Part shown: in pieces, positions 27,096-39,035 of the stretch
How positions within the stretch are numbered: the stretch's first letter is position 1
Layout of the letters: every line of letters starts with the position of its first letter
Source of the DNA: Octopus vulgaris
Taxonomy: Eukaryota
Direction of reading: 5' to 3'
Assembly (NCBI GenBank): GCA_951406725.2
Contig: OX597821.1
Span: 16,926,001-16,990,000, forward strand
DNA length: 64,000 nucleotides
Made by a program: the position numbers and the translations under genes
Notes under the pieces: model-generated
Databases searched by the model: none
What the model saw: the letters and a program-made list of their open reading frames with translations, nothing else
What the model was told of the DNA's origin: nothing

Positions 27096-28504
27096 AAAAT
27101 TAATGCCAGCTGAACAAATACGGTTGTTAATCCTTTCAACAGTTGTCACATTGTGGATGTTCCCTGGGTAACGGTTGAACGGCCCGAGAGGGTGTCTATT
27201 TCAAAATGCTATGTGATAATTAACAGAAAGCAATTAGCAAAAACCGTGGTATATAAAACGAACTTTTAGTTGTTTACGACTGACAATTGTGGCTTTGAAT
27301 GTGCATCCGTGTATGCATACATACATGGGTGTAAGAACACTGTTTTGACAATTGCCTCCAAGAGTAGGGTTGGAGAGGTAGGGAGAACGAGAGAGGGAAT
27401 TGCGCACACGTGCTGAAACTGACAGGCGTTAAAGTGTATTCATGAAAGAGGTAAATGGAGGCAGAATGTTTTTAATTGTTTTGATGTACTGCACACAGAT
27501 ACGTACATACATACACGTGAAGCGGTAGCACATACGCATAAAATTGTCCCAACACATTTATACATATACACATAGACGAATACACTTATATGTAATTACT
27601 CTCACACACACACATACAGACACACACACACACAGCCTATTCTCATGAGTTTCGAAAAGTTCACATGCCTTTTCACTATCCAGAGTAAAACGGTTCTTAT
27701 TCTATTGATATGCCAACGAAAGCAACTCTCACTTAAACGTTCCATTGTGCCGACATGTTTAATTTGAATATCACGTTTCACGCTTTTGTACGTATGCACA
27801 GAATTGGTGAATTCTTGAATCTAGTTTCTAAAGAATCTATCGAATTGTAAAAGCAAAAGTTAAATAGAACGAAAGAATTTTATTTCATTTCTGAGTTCAT
27901 TTAAAGAATCTCTGCTTTGTTCAAATATGACAGCTTAATTCAACCACTGAGCTAATTGCGTCATTCTAGCCCCGGCAGCGAAGCAGAGTCGAAAGTGAAA
28001 CAACGATAGCAGTCACTATAACGGCAACGACGGCGAGAATAAGAGCGACAACAAAAACAAGAACAATTACAAAAACAAGAACACCAACAACAATAACGAT
28101 TACGAAGACAACGTTGCTTAGGCTTCAAAGTGTAACACAAAATATCGATTCATATTTTGAAACCTACATGTAACAACGCCGAGGCAAGAGAACAAGCACA
28201 GAAAATAGATCGATGAAAACTTCTTCGTCATCACACGTAACACGATCAGCGGGGATAAAACTCACACACATTATATACATATATATATACGTAGATATTA
28301 TATAATAGACCAACATTATAGAGGCTGCCAATAAGGCTGACGACAAGAAACAAGGCTCAATCCAGGTCACACGCCACATTTAGTGCTAACTATCTATCTT
28401 TCTATCTACCTACCGAACTAGCTAACTATGCACCTATCAATCCCTCTACCAATCTATATAGATAGCTGCCTATCTGTCTGTCTGTTTATCTATCTATGTA
28501 CACA

Positions 28505-28716
28505 CATACCATGTTGAACCGTTAACGTCTACATTTTTTTTTCACTCTCCGTATTTTTTTCATTCTCTCTCCGTTTTATTCCGCTTAATCCTTTCTGTAA
28601 AGAGCGTAGGCTCGAAACGTAAAAGAGCTATTCATTTTCTTCGAGCGTTAAACTAATACACCTGCTTGTTGTTCCTACACCTGTCTTCGACATTTGTTTT
28701 CCGTAAACTTGAACTG
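28505..28716 (+). mobile_element. PLE-like terminal fragment with minimal HHR-like motif
   Basis: cttt-CTGTAAA-gagc-gtag-gctc-GAAA-cg-TA-aaag at 28591-28625. Confidence 0.5.
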
Positions 28717-28853
28717 TGGTATTGAGCAGAATGTTTGCTGTAGCCCATCTTATATAACAAGGCATTTTATGTATACAAAACCATTGGTGTCTCTATGACA
28801 AGACATAGATTTGACTGCATTTACATTCACACACACGTATATATATATGTATG

Positions 28854-28887
<34 letters not shown>

Positions 28888-28925
28888 TGTATGTATGTAT
28901 ACATCTATGTATGTATGTATGTATC

Positions 28926-28964
<39 letters not shown>

Positions 28965-28979
28965 TTATTTTATAGAAGG

Positions 28980-29030
28980 AGCTTCTACAGGACTAGAACT
29001 GTTTCATTCAGATGAAATCTTCAGGAAGCT
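28980..29030 (-). ncRNA. Type I hammerhead ribozyme with full stem III
   Basis: AGCUUC-CUGAAGA-uuucaucugaau-GAAA-CAG(uucuaguc)CUG-UA-GAAGCU: 6-bp stem I, 3-bp stem III; stem II short with a U-U base. Confidence 0.8.
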
Positions 29031-29259
29031 GGCTGTCAAAATAAGATCTGGTATTTATACATTTAGGCAGATTTAATGGGGTGGTGGTGGGGGACGTTTT
29101 TTGGGTAGGTTGGTATTTAGGAGATAAACAGGGCACAAGCTATTGTTCTTAGGGGAGTGGTCAAAAGGCCAGAGAGTTTTTTGAAATGAGAAGAATCAGT
29201 GAGAAAATTAATAAATGAATAAATAGAATAATTGAATAGAATCAGATATATGGGATGGG

Positions 29260-30380
29260 GTCTCCATAGGTTGAAGACCCTATTCACAGGCCTCTCCGGT
29301 GGTCTCTACCGCGATGATGGCCTTTTTCCCCTCCACAAAATAAACCCCAGGACTACGGATGGGTTCCGGAAAAACCTTTACACTTTTTTTAAAAACTTAG
29401 GCCTTAGGATTACCTTAGATTCGAACTTAACCAAAGCTAACTTCCTTGACGTTACCCTCGATTTAGAAACCTCCCTTTATTACCCGTACCATAAACCAAA
29501 TGAATCCCTTAGATACATAGACATTAATTCTAACCACCCCAAAAATATACTAGACAACCTAGTGAAAAGTGTCTCCATTAGGATATCTAGCCTCTCTGCC
29601 ACCAAGGATATCTTTAATGCCGCAGCCCCCTATTACAACGAGGCCCTTGCCCGCAGTGGCTTTAAAGATAAGATCACCTACATTAGCATAGCCCCACGCC
29701 CACCCAAGAAAAATAGGCGAAGACACATTAGCTGGTGAAGTTTAAACACCTCTAGCTAAAATTTTCTTCACTCTCTTACAAAAACACTTCCCCACCCAAC
29801 ATAAGTACTATACAATTCTTAACAAGAACACCATTAGACTCTCCTACTCCACCACACCCAATCTAGCTAGGAACCTAGCCAACAATAACTTAATAAATCT
29901 ACTTTTTCCGAAGCCCATGCAGCATCCGACAGCAATTGCAACTGCCCTGATAAGACTACTTGCCCCCTCAACAACAACTGCCTACAGAAAGATCTTGTCT
30001 ACATATGCGATGTACGATCAGGCCCCGATGATAAAAGAAAATCGTACGTCGGAATGACCTCAAATAGTTTTAAGACTCGCTGGTACGCCCACACACATTC
30101 GTTCCGGCGACCTGACAAATCTAACCAGACTACTCTCGCCATCCATATCTGGAACCTTAAAAGGAACTCCATCCCCTTCAAGATCAAGTGGAGACTACTC
30201 CAGAGAGCGCGTTCTTACACAGGAGGCCATACCTGCTGTGACCTTTGCATTTCTGAGAGCTTGGAGATCTTATTCGCCAAAGGCCCTCTCCTCAACAAGA
30301 TCTCGGAACACTCCCCAAACTGTATGCACAAAATCTATGCAAACTACAAAAATTACAGACCCACCCGGGCACCCAATTGA
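29260..30380 (+). pseudogene. PLE RT C-terminus, CxCx5Cx5C finger and GIY-YIG endonuclease (frameshifted)
   Basis: GGLYRDDGL, ANFLDVTLDL, YPYHKPN, SNHP; KHFP...NKNTIRLSYS; CNCPDKTTCPLNNNC; LVYICDV...YVGMTSNSFKTRWYAH; CDLCISE; CMH. Confidence 0.9.
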
Positions 30381-30554
30381 CGACACCCCACCCACAAAAC
30401 CCCCCACCCCCACCGTTCCTTCATCACCCCCAATTACCTTCTCTCCTAAGACTATATACATATATATCCTCATTTTAGGCGTGTTGAAAATACCGGATGA
30501 AAATACTACCCCAGTAATTTACTGCCGGTTAGAGAACATATTAATTTATAATTA

Positions 30555-31060
30555 AAATCACAATAAGGGTGAAAAAAATGAATATTACTTAATAACATCA
30601 ATTTAAAATACCAAGTGGCCTAGCGTAAAAAAAAACTGGGATACAGTAAAAATTATTAATACAAGTAATAAGAGAGAGACCACATGTGGTCACTCTAACG
30701 CTAGAAATAGATCCGCAAAGGGAATCGACCACTAAAGAATTGTTCTCAAGCATTAATTCAACACGCCAAGAATGTAAGCGGGCAAGACAAATGAAAAATA
30801 ACGAAAAAATAGATTAACTCTATACAATTGTTTCATCGTTAATCGAAAATGATTATGTAAGTAAAATTACACAGTCTATTAATGATGAAACAATTGTATA
30901 GAGTTAATATATTTTTTCGTTATTTTTCATTTGTCCTGCCCGCTTACATTCTTGGCGTGTTGAATTAATGCTTGAGAACAATTCTTTAGTGGTCGATTCC
31001 CTTTGCGGATCTATTTCTAGCGTTAGAGTGACCACATGTGGTCTCTCTCTTATTACTTGC
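30555..31060. mobile_element. Non-autonomous PLE-derived foldback with 3'-half HHR
   Basis: Arms ~30662-30843 / 30878-31059; GAAA-CAATTG-TA near the inversion centre; terminus resembles those at 6577 and 43985. Confidence 0.75.
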
Positions 31061-31074
31061 ATATACATATATAT

Positions 31075-32208
31075 ATATATAAAACTTAGAATGTGTGTCT
31101 GTCTGTCTGTGTGTTTCCCTAAAACGTGAGAACTACACAGCCAATTTCATTCAAATTTTACACATGACTTACTTAGGGTCCGGGGAGTGTCATCGGCAAA
31201 AAAATTAACTTTTTGCCTAGGGGGAGCCCACAGCAATATCATATCTTCTCCACTACGCTTCCCTACAACTTGAGAACTACACAACCAATTTCATTCAAAT
31301 TTTACACATGCCTTACTTAGGGTCCATGTAGTTTCATGGGCAAAAAAAAATGTTCAACTTCTTGCCTAGAGCGAGCCCATCGTAATATCATATCTTCTCC
31401 ATTATTTCAGTATTACGTGTTAAAAGTGAAACAAAAACATTTCTCTATTTTATGTCAGATACTTTCACTTTAACAATAACAATAATAATAACAATTGAAT
31501 TATATGTAGCAACTAATAATTAAAATCAAACTAAAGTATAATATAATCATAACATAACAAAAGTAAAAATTGCAATTGGTATAAAATTGCATCAATGACT
31601 TGAACTTGAATAAGTGGTTTCACATGAATGGGAATAAATTAAAAATAAAATTAGCGTGCAGAAATGGAATAGTCCAGATGGATAATAAAAAATTAAATTA
31701 AAGAAAAGACTATTGTCTATAAAGTATACAATGTAGAGAAAAAAGAAGATTTGAACACCTTGAGGAAAGCACCATCGAAAAGTGTCTTGGTGCGACTATG
31801 AAAGGTATCTAACCAGAGGCGATAAATTCGCCACAATAGAAGCAAGGGAGTACTCGACTCGAACTTGCAAAGTGGAAATATTTTATTTTTACCTTTATAT
31901 CTGAGACGTAGGACGTGCCGGATAAAAATTAAAAATGTCCCCCACCCCAGAAGTTGAAGTAGGATGTATTGTAGCCACGCTTCTATACAATATACAATTG
32001 ATCGAAATTGTAAGAGACGGGCTTACAATTCCAGTCTGTTATATATTTTGAGTATTGTTATCACTAGCGATATCAAGATATAACTTTGTATTTTGCATTT
32101 TATGTGTAGCTGTATATATATAAATGTACATGTAATATGTAAACATATATATACACATATATACATGCACTAGCACTATGACCCGGCAACGACGGGTCAT
32201 AATGCTAG
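31075..32208 (+). mobile_element. Non-autonomous Helitron
   Basis: 5' tatatataaaac...(gtct)n; internal ~135-bp duplication at 31120-31405; 3' hairpin gacccg-gcaacga-cgggtc then CTAG|T at 32205-32208. The 5' TC is not visible. Confidence 0.75.
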
Positions 32209-32260
<52 letters not shown>

Positions 32261-32371
32261 CATATATATACATATATACATGTATATACTTGCATATATA
32301 TATATATATACGCACATACATACATATATACACGTGTGTGTGTGTGTAGTTATATGTGTATGTATATGCAG

Positions 32372-32884
32372 TCTTGTCATAGAGACACCAATGGTTTTGT
32401 ATCCATAAAATGCCTTGGTATAAAAGATGGGCTACAGCAAACATTCTGATCAATACCACAGATTTGCTTGTCATTTGTTTGATCTTAACCAGTTTTGCAT
32501 GACCCTTAGTTGCTGACACCCTATGTATCTCAGATCACAAGCAATAGTATTTGAGGAGCATCATAGCCGTGTGTTGAGAGGAATTCTTTGAGGTTTGAAT
32601 AATTCACCTTTGAAAATCTGGGTGTTTCCTTCAACATTCCTAAACAACCATTATCCAGGGACCTTTTGAGCGGGATGGGCTACTGGACGTGAAAACAATT
32701 CTAACAGGGCTCCACCTTCAAAATTATGTGCTGCTTATTTTGATATGAGATCACCATATTCCCGAATAGTGTTGTGATGCATGTGTCTAGTGTAACATTA
32801 TCAGATGAGTAGTTATGATGGGTCTACTGAATTTCGTATGTTTTACCCGAGCGTCATTTTGATGACATGCACTGCTCCCTCAAT
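32372..32884 (+). mobile_element. Non-coding retroposon 3' segment ending in (TAA)n (copy 1)
   Basis: Diverged ~500-bp match to 33072-33620. Confidence 0.7.
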
Positions 32885-32921
32885 AATAATAATAATGATG
32901 ATGATGATGATGATGATGATG

Positions 32922-32974
<53 letters not shown>

Positions 32975-32997
32975 TAATGATAATAATAATAATAATG

Positions 32998-33048
<51 letters not shown>

Positions 33049-33071
33049 TTAATAATAATAATAATAATAAA

Positions 33072-33620
33072 TGCCTTCATGCAGTACCAGGCACTGGCTC
33101 TCATGGTTCCTGATCCTAACTGTTTGGAAGTGTTATCATGTACATATTTTGTCTTAGTATAAAAGATCGGCTACAGCAATTATTGTACTGAATACCACAG
33201 ATTTGCTTGACCGTTGTTTGACCGTAACCAGTTGAGCATTTCCTTTGGTAGCTGACGATATGTACATCTCTCAACCGAGCAGAAGTAATGGGGGAGCATT
33301 ATAATTATGGGTTGAGAGGAATTCTTTGGAATTTAGATAATTCACCTGTGGAAACATGAATGTTTCATACAACATCTTTAAATAACCTTTATTCTAGAAC
33401 CATTTGAGCGTGATGGGCTACACGATCTGACGAACATTTTAACTGGACCCCCACCTGTAAGTTTATGCATGAGATCACCATGTCGTGCACATGTGGTTGT
33501 GATGCATGTACCTGGTGTATCCTTATCACACTGGTAGTTATGACAGGTGTATTGGACTTCGTATATTTGGAACACAGTGTCATTTTGATGGCATGCACTA
33601 CTCTCTCATTCATTAATAAT
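33072..33620 (+). mobile_element. Non-coding retroposon 3' segment ending in (TAA)n (copy 2)
   Basis: Same family as 32372-32884 and 24562-24716; begins right after (TAA)n. Confidence 0.7.
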
Positions 33621-33644
33621 AATATTCTTTCCTCTTATAAGCAT

Positions 33645-33822
33645 AAGACCTGACATTTTGGGACAGGTGCCTAGTCAATTACATCGACTCCGGTGCTTAG
33701 CTGGTACTTATTTTATCGAAACCAAAAGGATGAAAAGTAAAGTCGACATCAACGGAATTTAAACACAGAACTTATAACCGCTAAGAATTTTGTGTGAAGA
33801 GCTAACAATTCTGCCCGCGCGC
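33645..33822 (-). mobile_element. Diverged family B-related SINE
   Basis: gctggtacttattttatcga...aggatgaaaagtaaagtcgac. Confidence 0.6.
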
Positions 33823-33857
33823 TAAAAAATGTTTTGATATTAAAATATTCAAATATA

Positions 33858-34286
33858 TGCGTAAGAGTGGCTGCGTGGTAAGCAGCTTGCTTACGAACCA
33901 CATGGTTCCGGGTTCATTCCCACTGCGTGGCACCTTGGGCAAGTATTTTCCACTATAGCCTCGGGCCGACCAAAGCCTTGTAAGTGGATTTGGTAGACGG
34001 AAACTGAAAAAAGCCCGTCGTATACATGTCTATTTCAAATTGCTATGTGATAATTAACAGAAAGCAATTAGCAAAAAGCGTGTTACATAAAACGAACTTT
34101 TAGTTGTTTGCGGCTGACAATTGTGGCTTTGAATGATGTGCATCCCTGTATGCATACATACATGGGTGTAAGAACACTGTTTTGACAATTGCCTCCAAGA
34201 GTAGGGGTGGAGAGGTAGGGAGAACGAGAGAGGGAATTGTGTACTCGTGCTGAAACTGACAGGCGTTAAAGTGTGTTCATCAAAGA

Positions 34287-34361
<75 letters not shown>

Positions 34362-34520
34362 GTGTGTGTCTGTGCATATGTTTGTGTGTCTGTGTTTGTT
34401 CACACCCCAACATCGCCTGACAACCGATGCTAGTGTATTTACGTCCCCGTAACTTAGCGGTTCGGCAAAAGAGAACGATAGAATAAGTACTAGGCTAACA
34501 AAGAATAAATCCCGGCGTCG
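33858..34520 (+). mobile_element. Family A SINE interrupted by a ~265-bp insertion and truncated at the 3' end
   Basis: Head 33858-34022, insert 34027-34293, body 34370-34520. Confidence 0.8.
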
Positions 34521-35720
34521 GGACTTCTTATAATTATTAACTTTAGATATTTTTAACTACCCCGGGAGACCCTTTTAGTTTAATGGGGGTTTTACATCCT
34601 ACTCCTTTTATAGGTCATACTGCTAGGAATAACCGAGGTTCTCCTAGTTAGTTTGATACCTAACCCTTCCCACAACCCTCCTCCTAAGTTTGTAAATGCA
34701 ACCCACCACCTATACCTATTACCTATCTCATACACCAATTATCATTCCCCACCTTACCAACCCCTTGTATTTTGCCTTTATTTCTATTATTAGTGATCTG
34801 AGAACACTAACGACCTTTGGCTTTCTACCACATTATTAGCGCAACTTATATTTGTGGTACTATAATCCCACCACCACCACCACCACCACATGCTTTATTC
34901 CTTCTTCCTTTTCATTTTAATTTTTCAATCTATTTTATTATTTATCATAGTCTTTCCTTTACTTTATTGCACACAATATCTACTAATATTCCTTACACCC
35001 TCTAGGAATTATTATACTTTTGTTTATAAGTTTGATGAATACATTTAATTAGTATTTTTCTATCTTACCTTTGGGCATTTTATTTTTATTTTTTACTTTT
35101 ATTTTTATTTTTGCTTTTTATGTTAGTATCTTCTTTACATCGAGCTTCTGGATAACTTCTTTCTTTAACACCCTAACCTTACCCCTCCTTACTCCACCCT
35201 CCCGTTAATAACTTGTAGTATTCCCTAGGCTTTTAATAGCTCATTCTCTCATCTTTGGTCTCGGATGGTAAATAATTATGTGCACATAACATCTTGGGCC
35301 TTTAGACTATTCGTGTAAACCATATTTTCTTACCTCTTCCTTCTTCTTTTGTTTATATTGTATGCTCCTGTTTTTCACTCTGATGAAGATCGGTAAGCTA
35401 AATTCAAATGTCCTATGAAGATGAAGAATTAGATTCTCGCATTTAGTTATGGACTGCATTTTGGCAATATGATCAGAAACAGCTGTTAGCTTTGTTATGT
35501 CTAGCATTCAAAATACTGCCAAAATACTAGCTGGATTTACCTTGGGTCGAACCTAAGGCCTATACCTTCACGGAAGAATGCATCAACCTGGGCTATCACT
35601 GGGTTATCACTAGGGAAGTCCCAGAGACAACAGTTAGACCTCAAATTCACCGTACCCTAATTCAATATTCTAAACAACTTGAAATATTTGTCCTGCTTTT
35701 TGTTTCCCTTTTCATCTAAT
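34521..35720 (+). mobile_element. PLE-derived 3' region with long-stem-II HHR
   Basis: Pyrimidine-rich UTR-like tract, HHR at 35378-35489, ends at (TA)n. Confidence 0.6.
35378..35489 (+). ncRNA. Type I hammerhead-like motif with 89-nt stem II
   Basis: CTGATGA 35380-35386, agatc...gatca, GAAA 35476-35479, CAGCTG, TT. Stem I is weak. Confidence 0.6.
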
Positions 35721-35823
35721 ATTATATATATATATATTCTGTGTTTGTATGTGTGTGTGTGTGTATACATTATATGTATATATATATATATATATATATT
35801 AGTTATAGATATACACATATATA

Positions 35824-35882
<59 letters not shown>

Positions 35883-35967
35883 CTAATGCATAGAGAGATA
35901 GAGAGTGTGTGAGAGGGAAAGATGTTTGCATTTTATGTATGTCACTGTGTATATATCTCTCTATCTG

Positions 35968-36022
<55 letters not shown>

Positions 36023-36240
36023 CAATAATAAATCTCTGAGCGAGATATAAACAGTAACTGCTCTATAAAGTAAGGGGGATCAGCCATCTGAATGTGGCTA
36101 GGGACAGGGCGGGGTGGTGGGGGTGTTACTGATGCATTTAGCCCCAGGCGATCATCGATGTCACCAGAAGGACCGACACCATCACGGTGTCCTTGCTAGC
36201 CTGCAAAGGGAGATCAGCCTCCCCGAAGATACGGATACTA

Positions 36241-36283
36241 CATACGGACCGGTTTCGAGGTAATTACCTCTTATCAACGCATG
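36241..36283 (-). ncRNA. Minimal type I hammerhead, U3:A8 core variant
   Basis: CAUGCG-UUGAUAA-GAGGUAAUUACCUC-GAAA-CCGG-UC-CGUAUG. Confidence 0.8.
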
Positions 36284-36450
36284 GTAAGCACCGTTCTTCG
36301 ATGAGGGACTCACTCTACAGGCTAGATATATAGGGATTTTCACAGTAACCACAGTCACTGGTGTAGAAAAACCGTTCGAAAACAATAATAAATCCCTGAG
36401 CGAGATATAAACAGTAACTGCTCTATAACGTAAGGGGGAACGGTGCTTAC

Positions 36451-36493
36451 CATGCGTTGATAAGAGGCAATTACCTCGAAACCGGTCCGTATG
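36451..36493 (+). ncRNA. Minimal type I hammerhead, U3:A8 core variant
   Basis: catgcg-TTGATAA-gaggcaattacctc-GAAA-ccgg-TC-cgtatg. Confidence 0.8.
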
Positions 36494-36666
36494 TAGTATC
36501 CGTATCTTCGGGGAGGCTGATCTCCCTTTGCAGGCTAGCAAGGACACCGTGATGGTGTCGGTCCTTCTGGTGACGTCGATGATCGCCTGGGGCTAAATGC
36601 ATCAGTAACACCCCCACCACCCCGCCCTGTCCCTAGCCACATTCAGATGGCTGATCCCCCTTACGT

Positions 36667-36700
<34 letters not shown>

Positions 36701-36701
36701 A

Positions 36702-36885
36702 AGGCGCGTGGCTCAGTGGTTAGAGCGTCGTGCTTAGGATCGTGAGGTTGTGTGACGTGGAGGGGGAGGCCGGTATGCATGGGCGACTGCTGGTCTTCCA
36801 TGAAACAACCTTGCCCAGACTTGTGCCTCAGAGAGTAACTCTCTAGGTGCAAACCCATGGTCAGTGTCTGACCGAAGGGGGTCAC
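36702..36885 (+). mobile_element. tRNA-derived SINE, internally deleted
   Basis: ggcgcgtggctcagtggttagagcg A-box head. Confidence 0.6.
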
Positions 36886-36953
36886 TATATATATCTATGT
36901 ATATATGTTTATATATATGTGTGTGTATGTATACATAGGCATATGTATATATA

Positions 36954-38159
36954 CAGGGGTTGGACAAAATAATGGCAACACCTAGCATCATAGCATCATA
37001 ATTTTCCAATAATTTGTTTATTTATTATTAGTGTCGCTTATTGTTTTTCCAAAATTGCTGTTTCTCTTCAGATATCATCAGAAAAATGTAATTAAAATTC
37101 ATTACAATGACAGATCTGTCGGTCTTTCAAAGAGGTCAAATTGTTGGTGCTCGTATGGTATGCGCTGGCGTAAGGAAAACAGCCGAAATGTTTGGTGTAT
37201 CAAGACGTACTGTTTCGAAAGTAATGATAGACGTTGTGAAAGAAGAAAAAAACCCTCGTCGAATCAAAACTCCGGGAGAAAACCAAACCTTTCAGATAAG
37301 GACTGTCGGACTCTTAAGCGAATTGTTTGATAGGATCACGAAAGTACAGCTCTCAAAATTACCCAGTTTACACAAAACTTTTTGACTAGGAGTTGCACAA
37401 AGCTGGATTTCACGGGAGATCTGCAATCAGGAAACCTCTACTTTAAAAACAAATGTTACAAAGCGTTTGAGTGCTGTAAAATCCTATAGAATTGATCCCT
37501 AGAGCAGTGGAAGAATGTTATTTTCTCGGATGAGTCACCCTTTACCTTATTTCCGACAACCCGCCGAGAATACGTGTGGAGACAGCCAATAGAAGCATTT
37601 GGCCCAGACTGCCTTGTTCTTACTGTTAAACATGGAGGAGGATCTGTGATGATCGTAGGGGCGGCTATATCTTGGAAATCCGTCGGCCCAATGGTTTCCC
37701 TTAATGGCAGAATTAATAGTCAAAATTTTTAAGTATTTCATCTGATCAGCTTCATCCTATATTTGCGGAACTGTTTCCGGAGAGAAACGCAATCGTTTAG
37801 AATGATAATGTACCAATTCACACAGCTAAATGTGTTACTGAATGGCACGAGGAACATTCTAGTGAAGTTAAGCATCTTTTCTGGTCACCACAGACCGACC
37901 CCTGATCTCAATATTATTGAACATTTATGGTGCATTTTAAAAGAATAAGTAAGGTGTCGATATTCTCCACCATCAAAACTACAAGAACTGGAGACAGCTG
38001 AAGAATGGACCAAAATTCCTTTGGAAACAATTCAAACTTTGTTAGAGTCCATAGCTCGTAAAATTCCAGCTGTAATTACTGCCAAAGACGGTCCTACCCC
38101 ATATTGAATAAAATTTGTTTGAAATTGTAAGGTGTTTCAATTATTTTGTCCAACCTATG
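36954..38159 (+). mobile_element. Tc1-like DNA transposon (DD36E), full length, defective
   Basis: ~30-bp TIRs caggggttggacaaaataatggcaacacct / aggtgtttcaattattttgtccaacctatg; TA on both sides; 1206 bp. Confidence 0.93.
37107..38107 (+). pseudogene. Tc1-family transposase pseudogene
   Basis: MTDLSVFQRGQIVGAR...FGVSRRTVSKVM; WKNVIFSDES; TVKHGGGSVMI; DNVPIHTA; PDLNIIEHLW; ends KDGPTPY. Several frameshifts. Confidence 0.92.
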
Positions 38160-38188
38160 TAGACAGATAGACAGACAGACAGACAAAC

Positions 38189-38261
<73 letters not shown>

Positions 38262-38931
38262 TGTATGTATGTAACTGTGAGTGCATGAGTGTGTTTCTAT
38301 ATCTGTACTTTTCCACATAATGAACATTAGCTTTCGTAAACTTGTGATGTGGCTGTTTTCTTATTAGTGATGAAAAGACGTATTTCACAGGAAGGAACAT
38401 TCACCAAGTCAGTCAATTGAATGATGTTGCTGTACAACCAGAAGCCAAAGAGAATGTGTTATTTATGCGAATATTTATATCAGTGAACATTCTAAGAAAA
38501 TCGTGGTTTAGAACCTTTGTGAATATGTTTTAGTTTATTCTTAAACAATGAGTTCAAGGCAAATTTTGTTTTCAATAAAGCCTTTGAAACATTTATAACG
38601 GTAGAGGAATTATGAATATTTTATTTAAAATGTGTTAAAGAATCAGAAATGTATTTAAACAAAATGCCATTTGTTGTCTCTAGCTCTGTTTTCGTCTATA
38701 TCTCTTTCTGTGTCTGTCTTTTTCATCTTTATATATGTATGTTGGTATGTATGTATCTAGCTCTCGTACGTACATATTCACTTACACATAAACATACACA
38801 TCATACAACAGACACATTCTTTATGTGCGATAATAAATCTGAAATAAAGGGAAATTTACCGAAAAGATTCTTTGGCCAAGGAGGAAATCTTACATACACA
38901 TATATATGCATACACACACACACACACACAT

Positions 38932-39005
<74 letters not shown>

Positions 39006-39035
39006 GCAGACAGAAAGATAGACATAAAAGAGAGA

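Larger units (their letters stand above)
28960..30460 (+). mobile_element. 5'-truncated Penelope-like element (Naiad-like) with an inverted upstream segment
   Basis: RT and GIY-YIG remnants on the plus strand; upstream segment carries an HHR on the minus strand. Confidence 0.9.
36022..36668. mobile_element. Retrozyme-like element: 360-bp unit, partial repeat and inverted arm
   Basis: Direct repeat 36022-36078 / 36382-36438; 36439-36668 is the reverse complement of ~36064-36296; (TA)n flanks. Confidence 0.88.

Noticed and set aside
29736-29738. In-frame TGA in the Naiad-like ORF as possible selenocysteine
   Set aside because: It coincides with an apparent deletion and frameshift after RRHISW (the expected FNPP-type motif is missing), so it is better explained as decay.
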